From positions 1 through 64,000 of the forward strand of contig RSEE01000149.1 in assembly GCA_003971905.1 (NCBI GenBank): DNA of 64,000 bases, given 5' to 3'. Source of the DNA: Moniliella sp. 'wahieum'. Taxonomy: Eukaryota. Made by a program: the position numbers and the translations under genes. Each line of letters begins with the position of its first letter. The stretch's first letter is position 1. The notes below the pieces were generated by a model. That model had not been told where the DNA came from, did no database searches, and saw only the letters and a list, made by a program, of their open reading frames with translations. Positions 23,540 through 36,081 of this stretch are shown here, piece by piece.

Positions 23540-26500
23540 GCAGAGGGGTTAGGTCTGGGGTTGGGTTTGGGTTTGGGTTTGGGCACTTCGCGATCACGGT
23601 GGGGAGCAGACCAGTCGGGGAGGGCGGTGGCGAGGTGGTGTCGGAAGGCCGGGAGGAGGCGACGGGTATGCAGTAGTTGTGGCGGAGCAAAGTCAGTGCG
23701 CAAAGGAACGTAGCGCAATTGCTTGACATGTTCTTCGGCCATCAACTGTTGGCCCGTAGGGTCCAGTTCGTCGTACCAAAAGCCAGGGTACACTTGGGCC
23801 TCGGTCCCGCGCGCCTCGGTCGGACACAGTCCGTCGTCGGCGCGTACGGAATGCAGTCGCATCAGACGGTACATGAGCCTGTCCACGTCGCTTGCGGCCT
23901 CATGGAACGCAGGGTCGGGGGGCAAGTTCTCTACTCCCAGAGCGGCAGATACCTCATCGGGTGAATAGGCACGCTTCTTGCCCTTGTCCAGGGGGTTGTT
24001 GCGCGCTTCCTGCTCTGTCGTCTCGCCCGGCTCGGGGCGACGGCAAAGAGAAGTTCCCGTCTGGCTTCCAGTTCCTGGCGGACGTTTTGCCACATGGTCC
24101 AAGACGCCAAGCCGTCCACCTCGCGCAAGATGCGCTTACGATCCTCGGGCTTGATCCGCTCGTCGGCCAATAAGGTTTCGACATTGAGCTCGATGTTGGG
24201 CCGGGCGCGATCGGCAGGATGCATCGGGTCGGAGGTAGAGAGGGCGAGGTAATCTGTGCCGATCTGGGCCCACTCCAAGAGAGGTTCAGCGACTGGGGCG
24301 AGGTCGTGCAGAAACTCGAGCAAGTGGTCCTCGTGTCGACTCAACAGCGACACCCATTCGCCCGGCCCGCACTCGTCAGGATGCGCAACAGACCGTTGTC
24401 GCACCAAGAGCAAATCATCAATGAACTCCTTCAGGTCGCCCACTGCGCGGGACAAGTCGACTTTGGCTGTGGTGGCGGCACGAAGACCGTCGTAAAAGAC
24501 GTACTCGAGCAAGTCCTTGACCATTGTCGGAAGCACGGTCCCATCACCACGTCCAACAGTTCTCTCCGGTCGCGCGCACGACGAGCCTCGCGCAACAAGA
24601 GTTTGAGCTGGGCAAAGTCGTACGCCATATCCTCCTCCTCCTCGGTGAGCGTCCATTTTGCCTCGTCTGTCTTGTCCGTCGACGCAGGCGGGCGCGCATG
24701 CTCGAATGCTTCTTCGGCATCTTGGACGGTTGTTTGGTCGTACCGACTTGCCTCGGGCGGGTAGGCGCCATCCACATGACCTCGCCACGGACTGAGGGAA
24801 AATGCGCGCTGCATGTCCAACACCAAATCGGCACCAACTGGTTTGAGCAATTTTTCGCTGCTGCCTCGTTCGGTCCATAGCCCAGCGGAGGCGACTCGAG
24901 CAGAATCACAGTCACCACATCGTCGCCCGACTCGAGCGTTTTGCGTTCAATCGCCGCCCGATCCACACGATCAGAGAAGGTGACATAGTCCATGATACGA
25001 TTGGCTAGTGCGCCCTGTCCTGCCTCCCCAGCGAGGCGCGCAGGGGCCGCACCAGCGTGGCCTTGATCTGGTCCAACTCGCGCGACAAGAAGAAACCTAG
25101 AATACGTTGTAGCAGGCTTTGCGTCTTGTCCCCGTCCTTGGTCGTTTCTGACGCCGAAGCCGGCCGGCCCAACAGCAAGCTCAGCAAGCTCTGGACCATG
25201 ACATGGGGCGGATGAACGTTGGAGCGAAGGAGCTGTTTGGCGCCCCAGTAGGGAAACAGGGCATGGACCGACTTGAGCTTCTTCACCAGCTGGTCCGCTT
25301 CGGGCGAGAGGAGAAAAGGTCGTACAGAGCCGTGGCCAAGGAATGGCGAAATGTGCCCAGGCGCGTTGGCAGACGCGGAGGCAAGTCCTGCACTTTGCTA
25401 GTAGCAAGAAACACATCCCACATCGATTCCAGTCCATCTTCTTGCTCAATCACTTTTTCCTTCAATGCCGCTGCGTCCTTGGCCTCTTCCCGTGCACGCT
25501 CCCCGGCCAGACGCCATTGACGGTCCACGGCCGCCTCCAACGTAGCGTCGCCAGATGAGTTGGACTTGGTGCCAGGGGCAAACAGGGCATCCATCCTCTA
25601 GCAATGAGGGGGAGAGCGCAACGGGTTTGTCAAGACCACGCTTTACCGTCCCCTTGCCCCACTGCTTGCCCACACCCCCATTCCTCTGTCCCCTTCAATC
25701 CGGGGCCCGGACCACGCAGTTCATCTTCCCCACGGATGCCAATCCCACGGGCAAAAACTTGCCCAGGCCATCGACCATGGTGAGGGCCCAAACCCGACGC
25801 TGAGTCAGCTCGCTGCGTTCCAGTGAGGTACTCAAGTTGCGTGCGGCCAGCTCGTCGAGCAGGACCTGGACCCTGTGTTGCCAGAACTTGCTCGGGGCCG
25901 TGTCGAGGCCCGGAAAGGTGCGCAGATGGGTATGAAACAGGTGACGGAGGATGACTGGTTGGGTCACTCGTTCCGTTCGACGGACCACCGCATCGTCTTC
26001 CCAGTTCCCGGGGGCAAGACCATCGTTGGCATACGGGTCGTCTGCCGGGGGACCCGACGGAGGTCTTTGGTATATTCGTTAATCAGGTCTTTGCCCACCT
26101 TGCCCACGGGTGGTCGCAGCGGACTAAAAGGAGGACCATACACGGTAAGTGTACCCAGCTTCTCCAACTGGCTTGTTTCATGTGCCAATTGAAGGGCTAC
26201 GAGCGCACGTACCAGGTAATGCCGTTGCTGCGGGGTCAATTGGGAATCGTGCGACAGATCATCGCCCTCCACATCTCGATCATCCAACTTGTCGATGGGC
26301 GCAGCAGTGAAGGAGGTTCTTGGCCCAGCTGCTCACCGGTGGCTAGCTTTTCTCCGCTTGCCTCGGGCTCCAGGGCGGGAGGGTTTGATAGACGACGATG
26401 AGGGGGGGAGTTCCTTGTGTGGTTCAGTAGTTGGGGTAGATGGGAGTTCTTCGGCAGGATCGAGGGCGGCTGTTTGAGCTCTCTTCGGGCGAACGGGGCA

Positions 26501-27080
26501 ACGAGGCTTCATCCGACGACGGGGGCAAATGAGCGGCGGGCCGTTGGGCCGGGCTAGGGACTTGGCCACCACCATTCTGCAACGAGAGAATTACAGTCAA
26601 CACAGGGCCTCCACTATATTCCAAGGAATTTATACGAAAATAACGTACCTCATCGTCGTCAGTCAGAGGGGCATCATCGAGCTGAGAGATGAGCTGGTGC
26701 TCCTCGTCATAGGACGGCACTCTGCGACGCGGGGCTGCGTTTTGCTCATCCGTGTCGACGTGGGCAGCATATGGATCGGAGGGAGCATGGATCGAGCCGG
26801 GCGGGGGGAGGAGACGGAGAAGGGCTGCGGGGCGCGGCACTGGGGGCGCGCGCGCGGGGTGGGTGGAGGACGTCGTCGTCGTCGTGTGAGCCGGTGAGAG
26901 ATGGGGGCGGGTGGGCGGGAGATGGGCCCGAGGTGTGGCGGGCGGCGCGGCGGGCACGGAGGGGGTGGGCCGGGAGGAAGGGCGGAGGCGGGGCGGGGGC
27001 TGGGAGCGCTGAGGCTGTTGCTCCTGTCGCGGCGGGCAGAGCGGGAGGGGAAAGGGAGCTGGCCGTCCGTCGGGGGGCAT
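23540..27080 (-). CDS. Fungal PX-domain protein (PXB + PX + DUF3818/PXC; Lec1/YPR097W-like); intron 26577-26648; 3' end approximate
   Basis: LTPQQRHYLVRAL..LQ...E, YGPPF, LRHLFHTHLRTFPGL....KFW...VQ.LLDEL...NLSTSLERSELTQRR, HALFPYWGAKQLLR, DLKEFIDDLL, LEFLHD are typical of this family. Confidence 0.8.
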
Positions 27081-28269
27081 GGCGGTGGCAGTGGAGAGGA
27101 GGAGGGTGGGCAGGGAGGGACGGCGGCCGGTGGGGGCGTGAAGGAAGACTGGGAGCTGCTGTCTATGAGTGTGCGTCTGATTCTGAATCTGCATGTGCAT
27201 CTGAAAAAATGCCACAGGACCATCTATCTGTCTGCCGTGGGCTTGGGTAGTGCATGGCCATCGTGGGGTGTGCTGCGGGGGGCGCTGGGTGCGGGTGCTG
27301 CCTGTGCCCCGCACGCGCTGTCTGCAAAGCCAGCGTGTGTGCGCTATCTGCGCCGCACGACGCCTCCGAGCACTCTGGCCCCGCCCTGCCCCGCCCTGCC
27401 TGCCCGTCGCGCCCTCCCCACCCCCGCCACGAACACTGGCCCCGTGGCCCCTACCAAAGTCCGCCGCGCGTGCGGTCGGCCTCGGGGCAGGCCAGCTGCA
27501 CGGATGGGATGATCGGCGTGCGGCGGCAGGGCGCGTGTGTGGGCGCGATGCCGGACAAGACAAGGCGTGTGCGGTGCGCCGCCAAGCTCCAAGCGCCATG
27601 CGCCATGCCCATGCCGCAGCCGAGCAGCAGGGCAGCAGGCAGCAGGCAGTCGAGGAGGCGCACGCGTCCTATTCCCGTCGCAGCCTCCGCTGGCTTGCGC
27701 CGAGGCAGGCGCCCAGGACAGGCAGCAGGCAGCAGGCAGCATGCGACGGCGGGGAAAGCCTCGCTCGGCAGCCGCGCTTGCCCCCCTGCATGCGCCCCCT
27801 TGTGCCCCCCATGGAGGACGTCAGTAACGTCATTGATCAGCATCCATGCACCATGCCCCCGCCCTGCCCCGCCAAGCCCCCCACGCGCCAGCCCCTGCCC
27901 CCCCTTCTCCAGCGCACGAAGCGCACCACACAGCTGCACACCCTCCGCGGAAGCGTCGATCCAGACGGATGGGCTAGGGCACGACGGATGCGAATCGCGG
28001 AATTCTGCATGCAGAATTCAGAATTCAGATGGCCGCACACGCACACAGATGTACTTACACCACGCACAACACAGCTGCCATCGCACCCACTGTATGGGCG
28101 TGTGGCCTGGCATGGCTAGCAGGCTGGGCTGGAGATGACTCTCCCACTCAGTACCACGGTGGGTTGGGCTCCAATGGCTGTATCCTCAACTCAGTCACTA
28201 GTAACGCCTGGTCCGTGCGCGGGGATGCGTGCGTCGGAAGCAAGCCTCAACCTTCCGTCAACGCACAGT

Positions 28270-28930
28270 GTCCAGAGCAACACGCCTGGCCAAGGAGAAG
28301 CGTCAACCAGCAACTCGAAACCAACCTGCGGTTCTACATCTCGACGGTCGAACCCCAACTGCGCTATTACCCTCTTGCCCTCCGCCGAGTTCGTTGCCCA
28401 AAAAAAATGCCGTGAGCGCAATGAAACACCCGCAGGACAAACTCATTCAAGTTGATCCTAATAAGCCACGAGTCTACACCCGCGTTATAACTGCCGGACG
28501 CTCCGCTTCGCCGTTACCCCCCCCCCCCCCCCCCCCCCCCCCTTTACCTTGTGGGCCCTTCAAATTATTGGAGAAAGTCGATGGGAATGCCCACCGGTTG
28601 GACTTGCCCCGCGACCTCCATGCCATCAATAACCCTGTAGTCAACGCGGCCTACTTTGACCCTCTTCGACCTGACCGTGTCGACGCCCGCTCCTATCCCC
28701 CAGAGGTGCCGGCGCCAGAGATTGTTGGCGGTCACACAGCCTGGCCGTGTCAAGGAGATCCTCGACCGTCGGCGCGGTCGACGGGCCTACCCATAGTTCG
28801 TTCATTGGACTGGTCTCCCTACCAGCCGCAACGGGTGGATCCCAGCGTCGGAGCTCAGAGTGTTGTCAGTGCAACGCGACTTGGTCGCCCCCCCGTGACA
28901 TTACCCCTCCATCTTGGCTGCGCGTAGGTA
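28270..28930 (+). mobile_element. Degenerate Ty3/gypsy chromovirus pol 3' end (integrase tail, GPF motif, chromodomain)
   Basis: Frames give VNQQLETNLRFYIS (integrase), GPFKLLEKVDGNAHRLDLP...NPVVN (GPY/F module) and VKEILDRRRGRRAYP*FVHWTGLPTSRNGWIPASEL (chromodomain with an in-frame stop). Confidence 0.85.
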
Positions 28931-28933
28931 TTC

Positions 28934-29428
28934 TCCACTTCCCGACGATGGATAGTGGAGCAAGGGGTATTGGGGTGGTCACGATGGAAACGACCAACTG
29001 GAGCTCGATGGCACATACCTTATCGTTACTCTCGCTTCTCAGCTTCCTTCCCTATCGCTACTCATTTTCTCTCTCTTTCGCTATTGGTCACGATCGTGAC
29101 CGAGTTTCTCTGCTTATCTACAAAACTCGCAACCATCCTCTTCTCTGTCTGTCTTGCGCTCATATAAACTCCAAACCTCTATCCATGATTTCGCCTCGGT
29201 TTTTGGCCTGGTTCATCGCCTCATGCCTTCGTGTTTGGCTCTCCACTTCTCCCCTTAACTCGGTTCCCCGTTACACCGCAGACCTGTTGATCTTTCCTCT
29301 GTCCCGCTTCTATAAAATCTGCGTGTTCTAGTTAGATCCACAGTCCATACAAGTCGCCCACCTTTCCTTTCCTCTCACTCCTTCTTCTAGGCGCTCCACT
29401 CTAGAACTAAGAACGTTCCTTTTTCTCA
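28934..29428 (+). mobile_element. PPT region + LTR (copy 1)
   Basis: Follows the chromodomain; purine tract ggagcaagggg; about 490 bp similar to the inverted copy at 32339-32837; ends in CA. Confidence 0.8.
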
Positions 29429-29924
29429 GTGGCCATCAGCCCTCACCCAGCGGGGAGGGGCCAGCAGCAAAACCGATCGCATTTCGCTCTTCTCTGGCGA
29501 TTCCTCTTGCATCTCTTCGCTGGCATTGGTGGCCAGAAGAGTCAGGGATAAGTGTTGGACGAGATAAGTTTCTTCAGTGCCCTTTGCCACGCGTGTTGCT
29601 CTATGGGGCGGAGTTGTCGAAGCTTTGGGGTGCAGCACGTCTATTACTCATCTCTCCATCGATCGACTGACTGACTGCATGCCGTGTGCGTCACATGTGA
29701 CAGTGACATGTGACATCACATGCATCACGCCAGATGCAGTTTTGCCTTCTGCCTTGTTTTTAGCCACTCGCCCGCCGCCCCGGCCCTTACGTGGGTGTCC
29801 ACGTCACCGTCCAGTACGAAACCCCCTCACCCTTTCTCCCTCCCGTCAACGGCGGCGGGCGATGGACAGCGCGGGACAATAAAAAAATCCGCTGCCACCG
29901 CCACCACCACATTTCTACCCCAAA

Positions 29925-31660
29925 ATGGGCGGCAACGAACGCGACTCGATGGAGTTGAGCCACATGGCGGACCGCGAGCCTTTCCTCCCCGTCACTGCGC
30001 CGCCCATCAGTCGCGTGCCGAGCCCGCTGGCTTCGGGAGGGCTGGCCGAGCCCAGCAAGTCCCTTGCGCCGGGCCGTGACGCCACTCCGTCTCGTGGCCG
30101 CGATCCGCTGCTCTCCTCCCTATGGGCTTCGTCGGGGAAAACCCACTCGGTCAGCTCAGTAGGACACGCTGTGGCGTCTGCCGGTGGCAAGGCGGCCGGT
30201 GGGCGGGCTCTCTTCCAACCCCCTGGCCGACGTTCGCCAACGTCCCGCGCTCGCTGATGACACCTGTCAAACGACGCAGTGCACCGTCCCCGGCGCGGTC
30301 CGTACGGCCTGGTGATCGATTCTATGCTGGCAGCCAAGGCCAGCCGGATCCACGTGTACAAGTTCAATGTGTGTGCGCAGAAGGCTGGACAGGCAGCGCT
30401 GCCTGAGCTGGAGGACGAGCTGTTCAAGGCCAAGAAGGGTGGCCTGAGCAAGTACGCCGGTCGTCCGGAAGAAGCGGCGAATAGCTTGCGTGAACTGATG
30501 GATGCGGCAGTGGAACGTGTGCCTGCCGAACTGCAAAAGTGCACACCGATCGTGGTCAAGGCTACGGCCGGACTGCGTTTGACGGGCGAGAAGGAAGCCC
30601 AGGACATCCTGGCTGCCGTTCGCTCCATGCTTCAGACCCAATACCCTTTCCCTCGCCGACGCACCGGGGCACAATGCAGTGGAGATTATGGATGGGTCGA
30701 GGAGGCAGTGTATGCGTGGATTACGGTCAACTACCTCTTGGGTCGGATTGGAGGCAAGCATACTTCCGCCCCGACGGCGGCCGTCTTGGACCTGGCGGGG
30801 CGAGTACCCAGATCGTGTTGAGCCCCAGGGTCGAGCAAAGGATGCCATGCGCCCTGGTGCGCACGTTTACGAGCTGTCCAACTTGGCAGGCCGCGACATG
30901 TGCTGTACCAAAACTCGTACTTGGGGTACGGACTGATGCAAGTGCGCGAAGCGGTCCATGCCCTCTCTGCCTTCCTCCATGGCCTGGCCCAGGCCCGCAA
31001 CCCACACCGGCCCAGGTGGAAGGACTCTACCGCACAACTGTTTGACCAGCGGCGTGGAGAAGAACATTAACGTGACGCTGTTGCCGCCTGCCTCTGCGGC
31101 GGCCGGTCCGGCCATCAACGGAACCCCGCCCGCGGCCGTGGGCGAGGTCAAGGGGGAACATCGCTTCAAGGGAATGGAGATCGTTGGCTCTAACGCGTGT
31201 ACGGCGGTGGTGGAGACAGTGCTGGACAAGCACGCGCCCTGCGCTGCTGATCCCTGTGCGTTTGCTGGGGTGTACCAGCGAGCTTGGGACAGAGCCTACC
31301 CGAGGGCGCACCGGTAGTAGCACTGTCCTACTTTACGACCGCTTGCACCCGCTCGGCATGGGGCCCACCTTGACCATTGCCGAGCTGCACCAGGCGGTGA
31401 CGGATGTATGCCACGATCCATCGACGTGGCCGGACCGGTGGCCGCCGGCCAAGTACCCGGACGCACTCAAGGAGCTCCAGGGCCGGCCCGAGTCGTGCCT
31501 GGACATGACCTACCTCTACACGCTGCTCACGCTGGGCTACGAGCTGGATGACTCGCACACCATCATCACCGACAAGAAGATTGCAGGAACGGAGCTGGGC
31601 TGGGCACTGGGTGCGCAACTCGCCATCCTGGAACGGACGGACATTGCGTGCCGGACATAG
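29925..31660 (+). CDS. GDA1: GDA1/CD39 family nucleoside diphosphatase (Golgi GDPase-like); frameshifted
   Basis: SRIHVYKF, GGLSKY, KATAGLRL, MDG.EEAVYAWITVNYLLG, DLGGASTQI, NSYLGYGL, CLDMTYLYTLL..GY, ELGWALGA. Confidence 0.88.
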
Positions 31661-32338
31661 ACAGTGAATGGCTACTCTGTATCTGCATTATATCTTATCC
31701 GAAGGGTGGGACAAGTGACGGGGGCTGGTGCTGCCAGTCTAGGATAATGGCCTCGCTCTTGGCTTGCTGGACTAACCAAACTACAAATCTTTTATCTATT
31801 CCTTGCCCCAAGTACAGTTCCTTTAAGGACCTTTTGGGCTCTTCACTATCTACCCGTCCAACCGATGCGCTCAACCTCAAATTCGATCTTCATCTCGATC
31901 TCAATCTCAATCTTGGTCTTGGTCTCGATCTGGCTTAATTAACTCTGACCCGCTTGCATTCACCACATCGGTTGTGCGCCTATCCCCTCTGGCTCGATCC
32001 AATCTCGATCTATCTTCTCTTTTTCTCTTTGTTTCCTCGCTGCTTGGCCAGCCTCCCGGCTCCAATCCATAGTATGAATACTGTGGCGGAGTTGCTGGCT
32101 TCTCAGGCGGAGACGAGACCTTCCTTTAGTACCCATGGGAGACAAGACTCACGGGTGACCGAACGCGTATCAGATCCAAAGTCCAAAGAACACTGCCGTA
32201 CTGGCGTGAACGCAGGAAGGCTGAATAGTGCTTTGCTAGTTGTGGGCAGAGCCAGGCAGCGTCCGAGAAGGAGGTTGCACATTCAGGGCCGGACGTAAGA
32301 GTGGGGAGCTTCATGGGCAAAAGGGGGGGCGAACGAGC

Positions 32339-32837
32339 TGATTGAAAGGGCAGTTCTTAATAGTTCTAGAGCGGAGGCCTAGAAGAAGGGTGAGAGGAAA
32401 GGAATGGTGGGTGGCTTGGGCCATCTCACTTGTGGATCTAAGAACACGCAGGTTTATAGAAGGGGACAGAGGAAAGACCTGCGGGTCTGCAGTGTAATGG
32501 GGAACCGAATCAAGGGGAGAGAAGGAGAGACAAGCAAGAAAGGCACGAGGCGATGAACCAGGCCAGAAACCGAGTCGAAACCATGGATAAAGGTTTGGAG
32601 TTTATATAATGAGCGCAAGACGGAGAAGAGAGGATGGTTGCGGGTTTTGTAGATAAGCTGAGAAACTCAGTCACGATCGTGACCGATAGCGAAGAGGAGG
32701 GATAATGAGTAGCGATAGGGAAGGAAGCTGAGAAGCGAGAGTAACGATAAGGGATGTGCCATCGAGCTCCAGTTGGTCGCTTTCCATCGTGACCACCCCA
32801 ATACCCCTTGCTCCACTATCCACCGTCGGGAAGTGGA
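32339..32837 (-). mobile_element. LTR (copy 2), inverted relative to copy 1
   Basis: Reverse complement reads tccacttcccgacggtggatagtggagcaaggggtattggggtggtcacgatggaaa...ctagaacta..taagaac, matching 28934-29414. Confidence 0.82.
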
Positions 32838-33014
32838 CTGAGTATTTTAGCACGGGAAGTGGAAAGTGAGGGGAGAAGGCGGAAAGAGAGACCAAGATAG
32901 CTAGCAGTACTCTGGACGCTATGCAGCTACGAGGGGGTCAAGTACGAATGGTGCATTGGCGCCCAACCGCAATCCATCGACCGCAACCAACCGGACCCAC
33001 AGGGTGAAACTGCG

Positions 33015-34062
33015 TTAGATGGTAGCTGTGTCAAACACAAAGCGGTACTTGACGTCGCTCTTGTACAGCCGGTCCCAGACATGGTTGATGTCCTTAAAGC
33101 TAACCAGCTCGTAGGTCGCCACAATGCCATGCTGTCCACAAAAGTCGAGCGTTTCTTGGGTCTCCTTGGTGCCGCCAATGGCCGAGCCCGCCATGGACCG
33201 GTTGCCAACCATGAGGGGGAAGGTGTTGAGCTTGGTAGGCCCAATGTGGCCCACGACGGCCAGCACGCCATACGGCTTGAGCAGCTGGAGGTACGGCCCA
33301 AAGTCATGGTCGACACTGATGGTGTCAAGCACAATGTCATACTGCGACGCGGCGGCTTTGAACTGTTCTTCATCGGTGGTGATCAAGAACTTGTCCACGC
33401 CCAGTTCCTTGGCCTCTTGCACCTTGCTCAACGAACGCGACGAGAGCGAATTCGGCGCCCATGGCTTTGGCCAACTTGATCGCCAAGTGGCCCAGCCCAC
33501 CCAGACCGGCCACCAACACTTTCTTACCTGGTCCCGCGCCAAACCGCTTCAAGGGCGAATAGGTGGTGACGCCTGCGCACAGCAGTGGTGCCGCTCCGGC
33601 AGGATCCAGGTTCTCGGGCACCTTGAGTACAAACTTGCCTTCCACCACAATGTTCTTCGAGTAACCACCATAGGTGACTGCCCCATCCAGTTTGTCGTGG
33701 CTGCCATAGGTAAGTACAGGGCCTTTGGCACAATGGTTCTCATCTCCTTGCTGACAGTAAACGCAAGGATGCTCGTCCGTCACACACCCCGACTGGACCA
33801 TGCACCCTACCCCGACCAACTCGCCCAGGTTGAACCGCGGGTCTTTGGTCGCGCCTACACGACCAATAATCTCATGCCCGGCACCAGCGGGAACGGCACC
33901 GGCCCCCAATCGCCATCGCGCGTGTGGCTGTCCGACATGCAATAGCCGCAGTACAAAATGTCGATGGACATCCCCCTCGCGCAGGTCACGGCGTTGCACC
34001 GTTCCCGGGCCCAAGGGGCCTTTGAACTCGAGCGCTTGGTACACGTCCACAGTGGTAGGCAT
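33015..34062 (-). CDS. Zn-dependent NADP alcohol dehydrogenase (cinnamyl-ADH / AdhC-YahK / ADH6-like), intronless; frameshifted
   Basis: YCGYCMSD, GHEIIG, VGVGCMV, GGYSKNIVV, APLLCAGVTTYSPL, GLGGLGH, AGSAIGG..ETQETLDFC, DVKYRFV. TATATAAA on the minus strand at about 34233-34240. Confidence 0.92.
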
Positions 34063-34520
34063 GGTCTAGGTCCGTTTGCAACCAGTCAGTCTCACGGCGG
34101 GCGAAAATGAGGAGAGACGCCAGAGCATGGACGCTGTAATACTCACTGGTGGAGGGGAGAGGTAATAACGAAGAAGAAACGGGAAGACACAGGAGAGCGT
34201 AGCAGGTTGGACGTATTGGATGAAAGAGACTAATTTATATAGCAGTGACGCTGTCGTATGCCTCCATGGAAAAGCAGACGGAGAGACGATAGAGCGCCAC
34301 ACCACAGCCACCGTCCCGTGCTGTCTTCCTGCCGCCTAGATCGGTTCCAGAAAGTTTGGTTCCCGTTCCCACCACTGGGCTGTGACATATCAGCACCAAA
34401 ACCAACCATCTCGCGTGGCGGCCTACTGAGGCTGAGGCTGTTGAGGCATAATGCATGAGGTGTGCCATGATACAAGATATGAGCCTCACGCATCGCATAG
34501 GTTCTAAAAGGTACAACAAC

Positions 34521-34640
34521 GCTTCAAGCTTCAAGCTTCAAGCTTCGCAAGGGCTTCAAGCATTGCATAAAGAGCGACATCAAGCATCATGCATCAAGCT
34601 TCAACCATTTCAACGTTCAACGTTGAGACGTTGAGTTCAA
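34521..34640. repeat. Heptamer palindromic arrays (TCAAGCT)3, TCATGCA, TCAACGT
   Basis: Read directly from the sequence. Confidence 0.88.
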
Positions 34641-36081
34641 CTATAAAGTCGGGGCGGCTGATCTTCAATGCTCTTGCTTCAAACTGCAACGCCTTACTAA
34701 GGACTGAGACGGCAGGTGCGGTCTGTTGCTCTGGTGGTATTACTGGAAAGCACAGCTGAAACAAGCTGAAAGCCGACGCGACCTCGGGGCAGGCAGTTTT
34801 GAACGTGCGCAACGTTGATCGTTGAATGTCCTCCTCGAGCTTGAAGCTTCGAAGCTCTCTGAAGAGATAGCGAGGCTATAGTGACGATAGCGGGGAGGGC
34901 AAGTTACGCGTTACGGCTGATGAGGCCTGAGGGTAGAAAACGTCCACCGTGTTGCTGCACGAAGCCCATTAGGGGTGGACGTGAACGTGTTGAGCCATAT
35001 CGTGTCACAGATGCCGTAGCACCAGCGTCAGCGTCAGCGTCTTTGGCGCCATCAACGCTAACACCCGCGAGACGGTCCCTCCTCTCTCGCTACCTAGTGC
35101 ATCGCCTCCCGTCCATCGCCAAGCAGAGGGTACAGCCCAGTGGTGCACATGAGCCTCATGCCCCAAGCTCCGAAGCTAGCTCCTAGCACGGCGATAGCTG
35201 GAGGTAAGCGAGCGCTGCGTTACCTATATTATGTGCGTTTTCCTGTGCCCACTCGTACTCATCGAGAAGCGTTGAGTTGAGGCTCAACGTTGAGGCTCAA
35301 CGCTCAACGGTATTGGAAATGGACCGCCCACATCACGCATCAACCTGTCAGCAGAGATGCCATGATGCAGATGATGCACTGCCAATGACATGAATGACAC
35401 GACAGACCCTCCGCTTGCAGCTTGCACCGACACGGACAGTGGCCACTGCCAGCGACGTGTTTGCATATATTCCCGTCCATTTTGAGCCGCGCGCTGACAG
35501 GAGGGTGCCCACTAGCGCGCGAGCGCCCTTTGAGCTTGAAGCATGAAGTTTGGCCCCTTTCGGTTCGGCAGCACGGACTACCGGACGCCGGACGACGGGT
35601 CGGAGTGTGGTGTAGCGCGTTGTTAGATCTTAGATCTTAAACGCTAGCGACAAGCACATCAGAGACAACTCCGAGGAAGACAGCCGCCAGCGGAAAAACA
35701 AGAACGCTTCGATTCCACGTCCTCGGCAGTCCGCGCACCAAGTAAGAAGTACCCTTCCCAGCCAGAAACCGGAGCGCCTGACGCCTGACTGGGCCAGCCT
35801 GAGGCCGGCCTGAGGGGGGCCTGAGGCCCGACATGTGACATGTCCTGGGACCTCCATCCCCCTCGTCCCCGGCGCAGGCCGAGACAAGACCACGCCCCAC
35901 TACAGACAACACACACACACAAAGCACATGTCCCACTGGGCTTGCTAGTCCGACCGTTGTGCGTCTGTCTCCCTCCCTTCCTCCACTCGTCCACTCATCC
36001 ACTCATCCATCCACTCATCCATCAATCTCCATCCATTGGTACCCGACCGGTCCGGCGCAGGGCCAGAGGGGAAGGGTAAGT

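Noticed and set aside
22714..24102. 462-aa ORF as an independent gene
   Set aside because: Its first part is the frameshifted C-terminus of the PX-domain gene; the rest is probably read-through in GC-rich DNA.
26424..28138. Long Arg/Pro/Ala-rich ORFs upstream of the PX gene (similar ones at 51727-52866)
   Set aside because: Very GC-rich promoter DNA lacking stops; no domain-like content beyond the PX gene's first exon.
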